Notes: generated by a model from the sequence alone, not told the origin. A DNA stretch of 64,000 bases from Armatimonadota bacterium (GCA_046292385.1 JBKBRF010000029.1:1-64000), one strand, 5' to 3'. Positions 18,361 through 28,098 are shown, numbered from the stretch's first letter. Numbers and translations: made by a program.

Positions 18361-20065
18361 ACACACGAAACTGGAACTGACCTGGATCGGCAAGGAGAAC
18401 CGGCCTCGCCTGGAGCCGCGTATCCTGCTGGAAGATCCGGAACTCTCCTGCCACGCAGAAGCGCACATCACCGAGTGCGACCTGTTCGACAACCGGCTGA
18501 TCTACGGGGACAACCTACTGGCGCTTAAGGCGCTGGAGGAGGAGTTCACTGGTAAGGTGAGGTGCATCTTCATTGACCCACCTTACAACACAGGGGCTGC
18601 TTTCACTCACTACGATGACGGAGTCGAGCACTCGCTATGGTTGACCCTCATGCGAGACCGACTGGAGATTTTGAAGCGGCTCCTTCGCCAAGATGGGTCA
18701 ATTTGGATCGCGATTGACGACACAGAATGTCACTACCTTAAGGTTCTCTGTGACGAAGTTTTCGGACGAGCCAACTTCGTCGCTAACATCATCTGGCAGA
18801 AGTCCCATACCCGCGAGAACCGAACTGATATCTCTAGTACTCATGACAACATTCTGGTGTTTTCAAAGGATCGGGAAACCTTCAAGAACACTAGGAATCC
18901 ATTACCGGCATCAGAGGAGCAGCTTGATCGGTATGGAAACCCAGACAATGATCCACGAGGCGTCTGGGCTTCGCTACCGGCCCACGCGAAGGCGGAGAAA
19001 GGCAGGCGGCAGGCACAGTTCTTCACCGTTACCACCCCGTCGGGCCGAAAAGTTGACCCACCCGCAGGTCGCTGCTGGCTGTATACGGAGTCACGATTTG
19101 CGGAGATGGTCAGGGACAACCGCATCTGGTTTGGCCAGAACGGTGATAACGCTCCACGGGTTAAGAAGTTCCTGTCGGAGGTTCAAGTAGGACTCGTGCC
19201 TACAACTATCTGGCCCTATACGGAAGTGGGAACCACAGGTACTGCGAAAGCCGAGATAACGCAGCTCTTCCCCAATGAGGTGCCGTTCTCGACTCCGAAG
19301 CCAGAGGCACTGTTGCAGCGCGTCTTGCAGATTGCCACAGACCCGGGGGATTGGGTGCTCGATTCCTTCGCAGGATCAGGTACGACGGGAGCCGTTGCTC
19401 ATAAGATGGGCCGTCGCTGGATTATGATTGAGTTGGGGGAGCACTGCCATACCCATATTATCCGTCGGCTGCGGAAGGTGGTCGAGGGAACGGATCAGGG
19501 CGGCATCAGTCAGTCGGTGGGCTGGAGAGGCGGTGGCGGCTATCGGTACTTCCGCCTCGCGCCCTCGCTGCTCCAAAAGGACCGGTGGGGCAACCTGGTT
19601 ATTAACCGGCACTACAACCCGGAGATGATGGCCGAGGCCATGTGTAAGCACATGGGCTTCAGCTATGCGCCGAGTGAGTCGGTCTATTGGCAGCACGGAC
19701 ACTCGACGGAGAGCGACTTCATCTACGTCACTACGCAGACGCTCACGCACGAGCAGCTTGCCAGCTTGAGCGAGGAGGTGGGCGAGGGCCGCTCTCTCCT
19801 CGTCTGCTGCGCGGCCTATCGGGGCAACCCAGACACGTTCGACAACCTGACGGTGGAGAAGATCCCTCGCGCAGTCCTGAACCGCTGTGAGTGGGGCAAA
19901 GACGACTACAGTCTAAACGTCGCCAGCCTTCCCGCCGCACCTGCTGGGAATGCGGAGGGGCCGCCACCAGACAGCACCTCCGGGAACGGCAAGAAGGGTA
20001 ACGCAGGCCGGAAGGCTGCGAAACCCGGACCATCGCTTGCGTTGAACCTGGAGGGGGACGCCTGA
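18353..20065 (+). CDS. mod: Type III RM DNA methyltransferase (Mod)
   Basis: KLELTWIGK, GDNL..LKAL, IDPPY, TPKPE.LL, DSFAGSGTTG (beta-class order). Confidence 0.92.
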   Translation: MSKHTKLELTWIGKENRPRLEPRILLEDPELSCHAEAHITECDLFDNRLIYGDNLLALKALEEEFTGKVRCIFIDPPYNTGAAFTHYDDGVEHSLWLTLMRDRLEILKRLLRQDGSIWIAIDDTECHYLKVLCDEVFGRANFVANIIWQKSHTRENRTDISSTHDNILVFSKDRETFKNTRNPLPASEEQLDRYGNPDNDPRGVWASLPAHAKAEKGRRQAQFFTVTTPSGRKVDPPAGRCWLYTESRFAEMVRDNRIWFGQNGDNAPRVKKFLSEVQVGLVPTTIWPYTEVGTTGTAKAEITQLFPNEVPFSTPKPEALLQRVLQIATDPGDWVLDSFAGSGTTGAVAHKMGRRWIMIELGEHCHTHIIRRLRKVVEGTDQGGISQSVGWRGGGGYRYFRLAPSLLQKDRWGNLVINRHYNPEMMAEAMCKHMGFSYAPSESVYWQHGHSTESDFIYVTTQTLTHEQLASLSEEVGEGRSLLVCCAAYRGNPDTFDNLTVEKIPRAVLNRCEWGKDDYSLNVASLPAAPAGNAEGPPPDSTSGNGKKGNAGRKAAKPGPSLALNLEGDA

Positions 20066-22761
20066 TGGACCGACACGTCAACGCCATCAGCGGGCGCTTG
20101 AGCCTGCGGCAGCCGCAGCGGCAGGCGCTGGAGATCTTGGCCCGAGTCACGGAGATCGTCCCGCCCGAGAAGGAGCAGGATCTCGAACTTGCGCTGGAAG
20201 TGATTCGCACCGAGTACCCCACGGTGGAAGACTTCGAGCGGGACTTTCCCTCCCTCTGCTTCGCGCTCGCCACTGGTGTGGGCAAGACTCGCCTCATGGG
20301 CGCGTTCGTCGCCTATCTGCACCTCAAGCATGGCATCCGGCACTTCTTCGTCCTCGCGCCGAACCTGACGATCTACAACAAGCTGATTGCGGACTTCACG
20401 CCCAGCACGCCCAAGTACGTGCTTCAAGGCATCGGAGAGTTCGCGGCCAACCCGCCGGAGATCATCACCGGCGACAATTACGAGAGCGGGCGCGGCGTCC
20501 GGGACGAGGCGCTTCGACAGCGCCGCCTCGACTTCGGGTTCGAGGGCCAGGTCCATATCAACATCTTCAACATCTCGAAGATCAACTCCGAGGTGCGGGG
20601 CGGCCGGTCCCCCCGGATCAAGCGGCTGTCCGAGTACATCGGCCAGAGCTACTTCGACTACCTCGCCGGGCTCGAAGACCTCGTGCTGCTGATGGACGAG
20701 TCGCACCGCTACCGCGCCTCGGCGGGCGTGCGGACGATCAACGAGCTGAAGCCGATCCTTGGGCTGGAGCTAACGGCCACGCCTTTTGTGGAGACCCAGG
20801 GTCGGCAAGTGCCGTTCGAGAACGTCATCTACAGCTATCCCCTCGCCAACGCCATCCAGGACGGTTTCGTGAAGGAGCCGTCAGTCGCCACCCGGGAGAA
20901 CTTTGACCCCGAGGGCTACACCGATGGCGAGTTGGAGCGCCTGAAGCTAGAAGACGGCGTGGCGATCCACGAAGAAGTCAAGGTGGAGCTGGACGTGTAC
21001 GCGCGCCAGCACGGCCAGCCGCTGGTCAAGCCCTTCATGCTGGTCGTGGCGCGTGATACCGCCCATGCCAATGCCCTGGTGGAGACGATCCAGCAGGATG
21101 ACTTCTTCGACGGCCGCTACCGGGACCGGGTGATCACCGTCCACTCCAACCAGCGCGGCGAGGAAGCCGATGAGACGGTGGAGCGGCTGCTGAAGGTAGA
21201 AGACCCGGACGAGCCGACGGAGATCGTAGTCCACGTCAATATGCTCAAAGAGGGCTGGGACGTGCGGAACCTCTACACCATCGTCCCGCTCCGGGTCGCC
21301 AACTCTCGCACCCTGGTGGAGCAGTCCATCGGGCGCGGCCTGCGCCTTCCCTACGGCAAACGAGTCGGCACCCCGGCCCTGGATCGCCTCACCATCGTCG
21401 CGCACGACCGGTTCCAGGCCATTGTGGACGAGGCGAACGATCCGAACTCGATCATCAAGAAAGAGAACATCCTGCTGATCGGAAAGGACGTGGCGAAGGA
21501 GAAGAAGGCATCGGTCACGGTCCAGCCGCAGATCGTCCAGCGGCTCACGCAGGCACCTTCGGACGGCGACCAGCAGGCGATCTCCTTCCCCACATCCGGC
21601 GAGCAGGAGATTGCCCGTCTTACCTACGAGGCGATCAAGCGCCACGAGTCGCGCCCGCGCTCCACCGACCTGAAGCTGCCGGACGTGCGGGAGGACCTCG
21701 TGGCAGAGGTGCGTGCCGCCTACGTCACTGCCCGCGCCGGGCAGGGCGAACTGGAAGGCACCACCGAGGGGGCGGACCTCCCGGAAGTGGTGGAGAAGGC
21801 GGTCGAGCTGTTCATCCAGCAGTCCATCGACATTCCTCGCATCGTGGTCCTTCCGAAGGGGACGGTGACGACCGGCTTCAACGACTTCGACCTGGACACG
21901 AGCAGCGTTGGGCTCCAGCCGGTGGAGGGACGACTGTTCACCCAGGGGCTTCACTCCAACGAGCGCGTTTACCTCGACGCCGGGGCCGTGTCACCTAGCG
22001 AGGAGCGGCTAGAGAATTACCTCGTTCGCGGCCTGATGGACTTCAACGACATCTGCTACGACGAGCACGCCGACCTGCTCTACAAGCTGGCCGGACAGAT
22101 GGTGGCGCACCTCCGATCCTATCTCCCGGATGAGGAGGCGGTGCTGAACGTCCTAGTGGGCCGACAGCAACAACTGGTCCAACTGATCTATTCCCAGATG
22201 CAGCAGCACGTCTGGACCAGCAACACGGAGTACGAGGCGAAGGTCAGCCGGGGCTTCCAGACCCTGCGCCCCAACACCTTCTCCGCGGCTGCGGGTGAGA
22301 AGATCCGCCCCTTCCGTGCACCGGTCGAGGAGCGGCAGTATATCCGGGGAATGCTGTTCGGCGGCTTCAAGAAGTGCCTCTACCCGGAGCAGAAGTTCGA
22401 CTCGGACGCGGAGCGCCGCTTCGCCGTGCTGATCGAGGATGACCCCGAAGTCCTGAAGTGGTTTAAGCCTGCCCGGGGTCAGTTCCAGATCTACTACCAT
22501 CACGACCAGGCGTATGAGCCGGACTTCGTGGTGGAGACGAACGACGCCAAATACCTCTGCGAGCCGAAGCGCGCGGATCAGATGCAGGATGAGGAGGTCC
22601 AGGCGAAGGCCCGCGCCGCCGTCCGCTGGTGCGAGCACGCCACGGCGCACGAGATGGCCCACAGTGGCAAGCCGTGGCGCTACCTGCTGATCCCGCACGA
22701 CGCGATCCAGAGCAGCATGACCCTAAAGGGCATGGCGGCAGCATACGCCGTGAACCCTTGA
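20065..22761 (+). CDS. res: Type III RM restriction subunit (Res)
   Basis: ATGVGKT, DESH, TATP, MLKEGWDV, Q.IGRGLR; C-terminal YEPDF...EPK nuclease; TGATG coupling to mod. Confidence 0.92.
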   Translation: MDRHVNAISGRLSLRQPQRQALEILARVTEIVPPEKEQDLELALEVIRTEYPTVEDFERDFPSLCFALATGVGKTRLMGAFVAYLHLKHGIRHFFVLAPNLTIYNKLIADFTPSTPKYVLQGIGEFAANPPEIITGDNYESGRGVRDEALRQRRLDFGFEGQVHINIFNISKINSEVRGGRSPRIKRLSEYIGQSYFDYLAGLEDLVLLMDESHRYRASAGVRTINELKPILGLELTATPFVETQGRQVPFENVIYSYPLANAIQDGFVKEPSVATRENFDPEGYTDGELERLKLEDGVAIHEEVKVELDVYARQHGQPLVKPFMLVVARDTAHANALVETIQQDDFFDGRYRDRVITVHSNQRGEEADETVERLLKVEDPDEPTEIVVHVNMLKEGWDVRNLYTIVPLRVANSRTLVEQSIGRGLRLPYGKRVGTPALDRLTIVAHDRFQAIVDEANDPNSIIKKENILLIGKDVAKEKKASVTVQPQIVQRLTQAPSDGDQQAISFPTSGEQEIARLTYEAIKRHESRPRSTDLKLPDVREDLVAEVRAAYVTARAGQGELEGTTEGADLPEVVEKAVELFIQQSIDIPRIVVLPKGTVTTGFNDFDLDTSSVGLQPVEGRLFTQGLHSNERVYLDAGAVSPSEERLENYLVRGLMDFNDICYDEHADLLYKLAGQMVAHLRSYLPDEEAVLNVLVGRQQQLVQLIYSQMQQHVWTSNTEYEAKVSRGFQTLRPNTFSAAAGEKIRPFRAPVEERQYIRGMLFGGFKKCLYPEQKFDSDAERRFAVLIEDDPEVLKWFKPARGQFQIYYHHDQAYEPDFVVETNDAKYLCEPKRADQMQDEEVQAKARAAVRWCEHATAHEMAHSGKPWRYLLIPHDAIQSSMTLKGMAAAYAVNP

Positions 22762-22980
22762 CCGCATCCTGCCCTGCCTCACCCATCCAATTGGCACTAC
22801 CGCACCTGGAGCCGGGATTCTAACGAGGTGCCGCCCTCTACCCGCTCCAGGTGCGCACCAGTGGTGCTGTGATCTGGCGCGCTACCCCCTGACGACAGGG
22901 CGCTGCCAGCCGGGTGCCCACCTCCCCCAGCAGTTTGGTTCCGTCGGAAGCGGATTACGGCAGGTGCCTGTGCCGCGTGC

Positions 22981-23369
22981 AAGTGTTCACGTGGTGAACA
23001 GTATGCAGCCGAGTGCGCACCACTGGCTGACGGTCGGGACAGCCTCAAAGTCCTGGCGAGAAAGCCCGACGGGCCGATGCAACGCTCCCGCGGTTGGGTG
23101 CGTCTTGCTATCCAGGATCGACAGTTAGACCGATAGGCGAGCGAAGTTCGGTCGGGGAAGGGAACGCTCGTCGTTCCGCTTGCGGGCGACGAGAATCCCG
23201 CCAGACCCGCCCCGTCGGTCCTGCGACCATAGGTCGCATGAGGTTGACGCCCTGGGGAACCCCCCTAGGGTCTTCGCCGTCCTGCTCGGTGGAAAAGGCT
23301 TACCGCGTCAGGCAATGACGAACACAGGTCGGCGGCACAGCAACGGAACTGTTCACGATGTAAACACTT
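22981..23369. promoter_or_regulatory. Pair of inverted 22-bp sites, each a TGTTCAC-N3-GTRAACA palindrome
   Basis: 22981-23002 AAGTGTTCACGTGGTGAACAGT versus reverse complement of 23348-23369 AAGTGTTTACATCGTGAACAGT (19/22). Confidence 0.55.
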
Positions 23370-23479
23370 CCGCCACTGCGGGAAGCTAAAAGGACATCAG
23401 CCACCTTTGGTTGGCGTTTTCAGGGTGAAATCACGGCGGGAGTCACCCAACCGCCCGGAAGACAGCACGGAACCGTACG

Positions 23480-23983
23480 ATGAACAAGCTACCTTCAGGG
23501 GTGGGGCACCACTCATCCAACCTCGACGCGGACATGCACCGAGCATCGGTCAAGTCTCCCGCGTCTCTCGCGTTTCGCATCAGGCTGGCCTCGCTTTTAA
23601 TCGAGGCAGTAGAGGCAGGCGTATTCGATCCCCACGAGATGCTGACCTGGGTGGAGAACCGCCTGCAATCCGACGCCAAGTCGTCGGCGCAGATCGCCAC
23701 GGTTAGCGAAGTCGAAGAGTACCTCCTCGTTGCTCGCGAGACCCTGCTCGGGTTCGCACACGCGGTCGCAGAAAGCGAAACCGTCTTCCGGGACGAGTTC
23801 CCGGGTGCGGACGAGGAAGATACGGACTGGTATCCGCAACCGTGGTCGCACTACTGCCTGCCTAAACCGATTACCCGCGCCATGCTCTACGCTACCGGGT
23901 ACTCCGGTCTAATGCCGGACACGATGCACGAGGCAACGTTACTCGCCCTCCGGCGGATGAAGAGTCAGGAAAACTGGAAATGA
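23480..23983 (+). CDS. Hypothetical protein (167 aa)
   Basis: ORF translationally coupled (ATGA) to the helicase gene. Confidence 0.6.
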   Translation: MNKLPSGVGHHSSNLDADMHRASVKSPASLAFRIRLASLLIEAVEAGVFDPHEMLTWVENRLQSDAKSSAQIATVSEVEEYLLVARETLLGFAHAVAESETVFRDEFPGADEEDTDWYPQPWSHYCLPKPITRAMLYATGYSGLMPDTMHEATLLALRRMKSQENWK

Positions 23984-25374
23984 CACCTCTCTCGGACGAG
24001 ACGGTCTTGGTGACTGATCAGGACTTTGTGGCGCTACTCGAAGTGGCGGAAGAACAGGGGCGGGCAGAGGAGTTCACTAGCCTCTGGTTCGGGGACCACG
24101 ACGACAAAGATGGGTGGCAGGGCACCGCACACCTGAAGCTGGTGCAGATGATGACGGACTTCTGCAAGGCTCGTCCAGAGCTGCGCGAGCGGGTGAATCG
24201 CTTTGGGTGGGAGTACCCGCCGGGCGACCTGATGGTCACATCCGATCCTGCCCCATCGTCCGAGTCCGTGCACCCGGATGAAACAGTGGGAGACGCAGAG
24301 ATTGCTTCTCCGCAACGCTCCGGAAAGAAAGCGCAGCACCGCTTACCAAAGCAACCGGAATGTCGGACACGGACTGCGGTCGAGTTGATGTCGATGCAGT
24401 TTCCAGACCCCGCATGGGCTGTGCATGGCCTGATCCCGGAGGGGCTGTCGGTGCTCGCGGGCAAGCCCAAACTCGGCAAGTCGTGGCTGGCGCTACAGGT
24501 GGCAGTTGCAGTAGCTTCCGGAAACGTGATCCTCGGCGACCACCGTGTTGAGCAGGGAGCGGTCCTCTACCTGGCGCTGGAGGATACGGACAGACGCCTT
24601 CAAGACCGGCTGAAAAAGGTTCTCCGCGAGGCGCCTGTACCCGACGACTTCCACTACGCAACTGATTGGCCTCGAATGAGTGTAGGTGGAGCCAGCGGTC
24701 TGAAGAAGTGGCTGGAGGCGCAGGCGAAGCCACGTCTGGTGATCGTGGATACCCTCGCCTGCGTGCGATCAGGCTCTGGGACCTCATCTACCCAGTATGA
24801 GGACGACTACCGCGCCACACAAGAGTTCAAGCAAATCGCCGACGCTTTCGGTGTGGCTGTCGTTCTGGTCCACCACGTCCGCAAAATGGGTGCCGACGAC
24901 CCGTTCGACACGGTTGCGGGGACGGTCGGTCTAACTGGCGCGGCGGATGCCATCCTGCTGCTGCAACGCGAGCGGAACCGAAGCCACGGTAAACTGGCAG
25001 TCACCGGGAGGGATGTGGAAGAACTCGCGTTGGACTTACTCTGGAACCCCGAGGCTGGACTGTGGACCGCGGACAGTAGCCGGATCACCCCACCCGTAAG
25101 CGAGGAGCGACGCCGTATTGTGGAGGTGCTTGGATATGCTGCCGCGCCCAAGGGGCCGAAGGAGGTAGCCTCAACACTCGACAGAGACTACAACGGTGTG
25201 CGGCAACTGATGTGGCAGATGGAACGAGACGGGCAGCTCGTTCGTATCAAGGGCAAGTACGCGCTACCAGATAACCTCGATAACGTAACTAACGAGGCGA
25301 GCCTCACCGACTTTGAAGAACCTGCCTCTGACGTGGACGAGATCCAGGACTTCGAGGAACTCGACGTGCCATGA
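23980..25374 (+). CDS. AAA_25/RepA-like (SF4-related) replicative helicase with C-terminal wHTH
   Basis: GKPKLGKS, LYLALED..RRL..RL, LVIVDTL, LVHH.RK, GLTGAAD, GRDVEE. Confidence 0.85.
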   Translation: MTPLSDETVLVTDQDFVALLEVAEEQGRAEEFTSLWFGDHDDKDGWQGTAHLKLVQMMTDFCKARPELRERVNRFGWEYPPGDLMVTSDPAPSSESVHPDETVGDAEIASPQRSGKKAQHRLPKQPECRTRTAVELMSMQFPDPAWAVHGLIPEGLSVLAGKPKLGKSWLALQVAVAVASGNVILGDHRVEQGAVLYLALEDTDRRLQDRLKKVLREAPVPDDFHYATDWPRMSVGGASGLKKWLEAQAKPRLVIVDTLACVRSGSGTSSTQYEDDYRATQEFKQIADAFGVAVVLVHHVRKMGADDPFDTVAGTVGLTGAADAILLLQRERNRSHGKLAVTGRDVEELALDLLWNPEAGLWTADSSRITPPVSEERRRIVEVLGYAAAPKGPKEVASTLDRDYNGVRQLMWQMERDGQLVRIKGKYALPDNLDNVTNEASLTDFEEPASDVDEIQDFEELDVP

Positions 25375-25510
25375 CTTCCGTGAGCGGCAGGCGGTGGAGT
25401 TGGTAATCACCGCCTGCCCCTTCCGGGTGGCTCGACAACCACTGCATCGCGACCAGCAAGCGCCCCGACACTGCCGCACCGGCGGGCGTTATGTTAGTTA
25501 CCGCGGTTAT
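25271..25510. repeat. Inverted TAAC iteron-like arrays (putative element origin)
   Basis: ATAACCTCGATAACGTAACTAACG (25271-25294) facing CGTTATGTTAGTTACCGCGGTTAT (25487-25510). Confidence 0.55.
25386..25418 (+). terminator. Hairpin after the helicase gene
   Basis: GGCAGGCGGTG-11nt-CACCGCCTGCC perfect 11-bp stem; no clear U-tail. Confidence 0.5.
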
Positions 25511-25722
25511 GGCAGGAGTGGGTCAGTCAGCCGCAGCCCGCAGGAACTATTCTCGGAGGGCGCTTTCAGTTACTGCCTTTGGAGCGCAGGTGTTGGAAGA
25601 GTATCGCCCAAGCCCCCGTGTTTTTTTCTCCCCGGAAGGAGAGGGCATCGGGAGCGCGGACGTGCTCTTGAATCATCACAGGCACGAACGGCGGCGCGCG
25701 TGGACTAGGATTGCACACCTAG

Positions 25723-25758
25723 ATTCCGGGATTTCCGAGGTATCCGGGTTTTCCGGAG
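25723..25758. repeat. Four TCCG-core repeats at 9-bp period, followed by an AT-rich tract
   Basis: TCCG at 25725, 25734, 25743, 25752; TTTTTGATTTTTCAC at about 25796. Confidence 0.5.
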
Positions 25759-25988
25759 TAACCCGTCTCCAGCTACACGGGGACTCTTCCCTCGGTTTTT
25801 GATTTTTCACTTGTAGTGCGGCCAAGGGTGTATCGGCCCCTGCACCTGGCGGTACTCCGCTCATTAGAGAATGAATAGGGGTGGGTCAGCTTCCCTCCTC
25901 CCCTACCGCCTATCTGCTCATGAGGGCGCACAGCGCACGGTTTCCCCATGAGGCCTTCGTCTTGAGGGCGCTCGTTCGGATCGCGGCG

Positions 25989-26351
25989 TCAGCCGACCCG
26001 ATCCGAGATTGAAGGCATCGCGTCGAGGTCGATCTCCCCGGCTTCGATCAGCGCGAGGAGCTTCCGCAGCTTTGGCTGCGCCTTCTGTCGCCGCTTGCGA
26101 GCCGCAGCCGCCTTCGTCTCCTCCCGCTCGCGCTTCAGGCGGAGAACATCCCCCCGGAAGAAGTAATGGAGCGGATGCCGGACCGTCCCGAGGACGACCG
26201 ACGGCAGCTTGTTCTCCTTCGCCAGCCGCCACATCTGCGTCCGCTGGAGGCCAAGCAGCCGGGCTGCGGCAGACACGGCGAGGAGGTTGCCGCGTTCATC
26301 CGCCGGGCCATCCTTCTCCGGGAGGTTCGTGGGTCCAATCGTATGCTTCAT
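25989..26351 (-). CDS. Excisionase-like (HTH_17) DNA-binding protein
   Basis: LLAVSAAARLLGL.R..MWRLAKENKLPS...F.R.DV pattern; downstream of the integrase on the same strand. Confidence 0.7.
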   Translation of the reverse strand: MKHTIGPTNLPEKDGPADERGNLLAVSAAARLLGLQRTQMWRLAKENKLPSVVLGTVRHPLHYFFRGDVLRLKREREETKAAAARKRRQKAQPKLRKLLALIEAGEIDLDAMPSISDRVG

Positions 26352-26426
26352 AGGGTCGGTGCTCTCTTAAGGCGAGGGTAAGGGTGCGGCCCCGGAACGT
26401 CAGCGTCCCGAGGCCGCTGGCGACAG

Positions 26427-26861
26427 TTACTCGGCGTCCTGCTCTTCGGGGGCCGGGTTCAGGGTCTGCAGGCGGGTGTCCCCGAACGAGCCGTCCGGTC
26501 CCAGGGTGATCTGCATCCAGGAGAGCGGGATCGGAGTCCCCCGGAACACGTCCAGGACCTGCTGATACTCGTCGTCGGACAGGTCCAGCCGCGTGTCCTC
26601 GGCGGTCTCCGCCCCGACCACGTAGACGGCGCGAGGGTTTCCGGCCGGGTCGGTCTGGAGGACCAAACAGTCCGCAATCCTGCCGAGGCGCTCCACGAAG
26701 TTCAGGATGATCGCCTGGGTCATGGTCTTGGTCTTGCGGGGCTTCACCTCGCAGGCGTATCCCGCGAGCGGAGTCATGTGGAGGTCCTCTGCCTTCGCGC
26801 GCTCGCAGATCCGCTGGACGAGCTTCGGCAGGTCGATGGGCTTTGGGTTCGTGTTGTTCAT
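26427..26861 (-). CDS. Hypothetical protein (144 aa)
   Basis: ORF with high-GC3 codon usage between the integrase and HTH genes. Confidence 0.65.
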   Translation of the reverse strand: MNNTNPKPIDLPKLVQRICERAKAEDLHMTPLAGYACEVKPRKTKTMTQAIILNFVERLGRIADCLVLQTDPAGNPRAVYVVGAETAEDTRLDLSDDEYQQVLDVFRGTPIPLSWMQITLGPDGSFGDTRLQTLNPAPEEQDAE

Positions 26862-27006
26862 CGGATTGGGTCAGGTTCAGTCAAAGTCGTAGAGCCACCC
26901 GGACAGGCCGGGGAGTGCGGACGGCAGTAGCAGGCGAAGCGCCGGGGTCTGGAGGCGGAGAGCGACCGCGTCGCCCGCCGAAAGCAGGCGTGCTCACTGG
27001 CAGCGG

Positions 27007-28005
27007 CTATCGAGGCAGCCGCCGACGAGCGAACGGCGTTCGCTGGGGTGTCGCAGTCCGAGACCGATCTCGCTCCGAAGCGGCGTCTGGTGCTTCCTTC
27101 GCCGGGCGGAAACCCGCCAGGGGCGCGATCTTCCGACACTGCTGCTCGTCGGTGTGGAGGTAGACCGCGGTGGTCTGAAGCTGCGAGTGTCCCAGCCAAG
27201 CCTGGATGGATCGGATATCGGCTCCGTTCCGCATTAGGCGGGTGGCGGCGGCGTGCCGAATGCTGTGAGGCTTGATCCGGGGATCGTCCTTCAGCCCGGC
27301 GATGGCTTTGATCTCCTCTAGCATGTGCCGAAGCCCGACCTCACCCAGCGCCGCGCGGGTCTCTCCGATGAAGAGAGCGTTCCGGCGACACCGGATGGTC
27401 TGCCGCAGCGCCAACCACTCCCGCAGTGCCTCCAGCACCTCATCGCACAGGTAGACGACCCGCGACCTCATGCCCTTGCCCTGCTGGATCAACAGGGAGC
27501 GGTCATTCAGGTTCACCGCCTCGACCGTGAGGTCCAGGAGTTCCTGTCGGCGTACCCCGCAGAAGATCAGCACCGAGAGCACCGCGCGGTCCCGAACACA
27601 GCGGAAATCCGACCGCTGCCGCCCCGTAGCATCGAGGAGCCGCATCAGGTCCTCGTCGGTGACGGTGAGCCGGGTGGCTGCGTCCTTCTTCGGAAGACGC
27701 ACTTCGGTCGTCGGGTTACTCGGTACCGCACCCTGCTCATGCAGGTATCGGAACAGAGCACGCAAAGCGTGGAGAGCACCCCGGATGGTACGAGGACGCA
27801 CGCCCCGGCTCGACATGGAGTAGGAGTAACGCCGGATGAGCGCCTCGCTGATCTCCGTTACCGGCGGGTCGGGCAACCCATTCTCCGCCAGCCACCGGCC
27901 AAAGTTCCGGTGCCAGCTTACGTACGCGTGGTAAGTGGAGGCGGTGTGGCCGAGTTCATGCCGCATGAACCGACCATAGTCTTCGATGGCTTCAGAGAGG
28001 ACCAC
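27007..28005 (-). CDS. Tyrosine recombinase/integrase
   Basis: SAM-like N-domain, RDRA.L..L..CGVRRQE (R), GKG..SR (K), HSIRH (HxxR), LGHS...TT..Y; GTG 28005 after GAAAGGAG. Confidence 0.95.
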   Translation of the reverse strand: MVLSEAIEDYGRFMRHELGHTASTYHAYVSWHRNFGRWLAENGLPDPPVTEISEALIRRYSYSMSSRGVRPRTIRGALHALRALFRYLHEQGAVPSNPTTEVRLPKKDAATRLTVTDEDLMRLLDATGRQRSDFRCVRDRAVLSVLIFCGVRRQELLDLTVEAVNLNDRSLLIQQGKGMRSRVVYLCDEVLEALREWLALRQTIRCRRNALFIGETRAALGEVGLRHMLEEIKAIAGLKDDPRIKPHSIRHAAATRLMRNGADIRSIQAWLGHSQLQTTAVYLHTDEQQCRKIAPLAGFRPAKEAPDAASERDRSRTATPQRTPFARRRLPR

Positions 28006-28098
28006 GGTGAGGCTCCTTTCAGAGCAGGTGACCGTGAGTCCAGTTGGCGGGGGTTTGGGAAGAGCGCGATGAACGGTTCGCACCACCCCTGTAGGCAG

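Noticed and set aside
18353..20065. Phase-variable mod (phasevarion)
   Set aside because: No simple sequence repeat tract seen in or upstream of mod
11457..22761. DISARM or BREX system
   Set aside because: SNF2 helicase and MTase are present, but no DrmA/DrmB/DrmC or PglZ/BrxC is recognisable; Mod/Res motifs fit Type III RM
23554..23578. GTCTCYCGC 9-bp repeats as iterons
   Set aside because: Only two and a half degenerate copies inside an ORF; too weak to support
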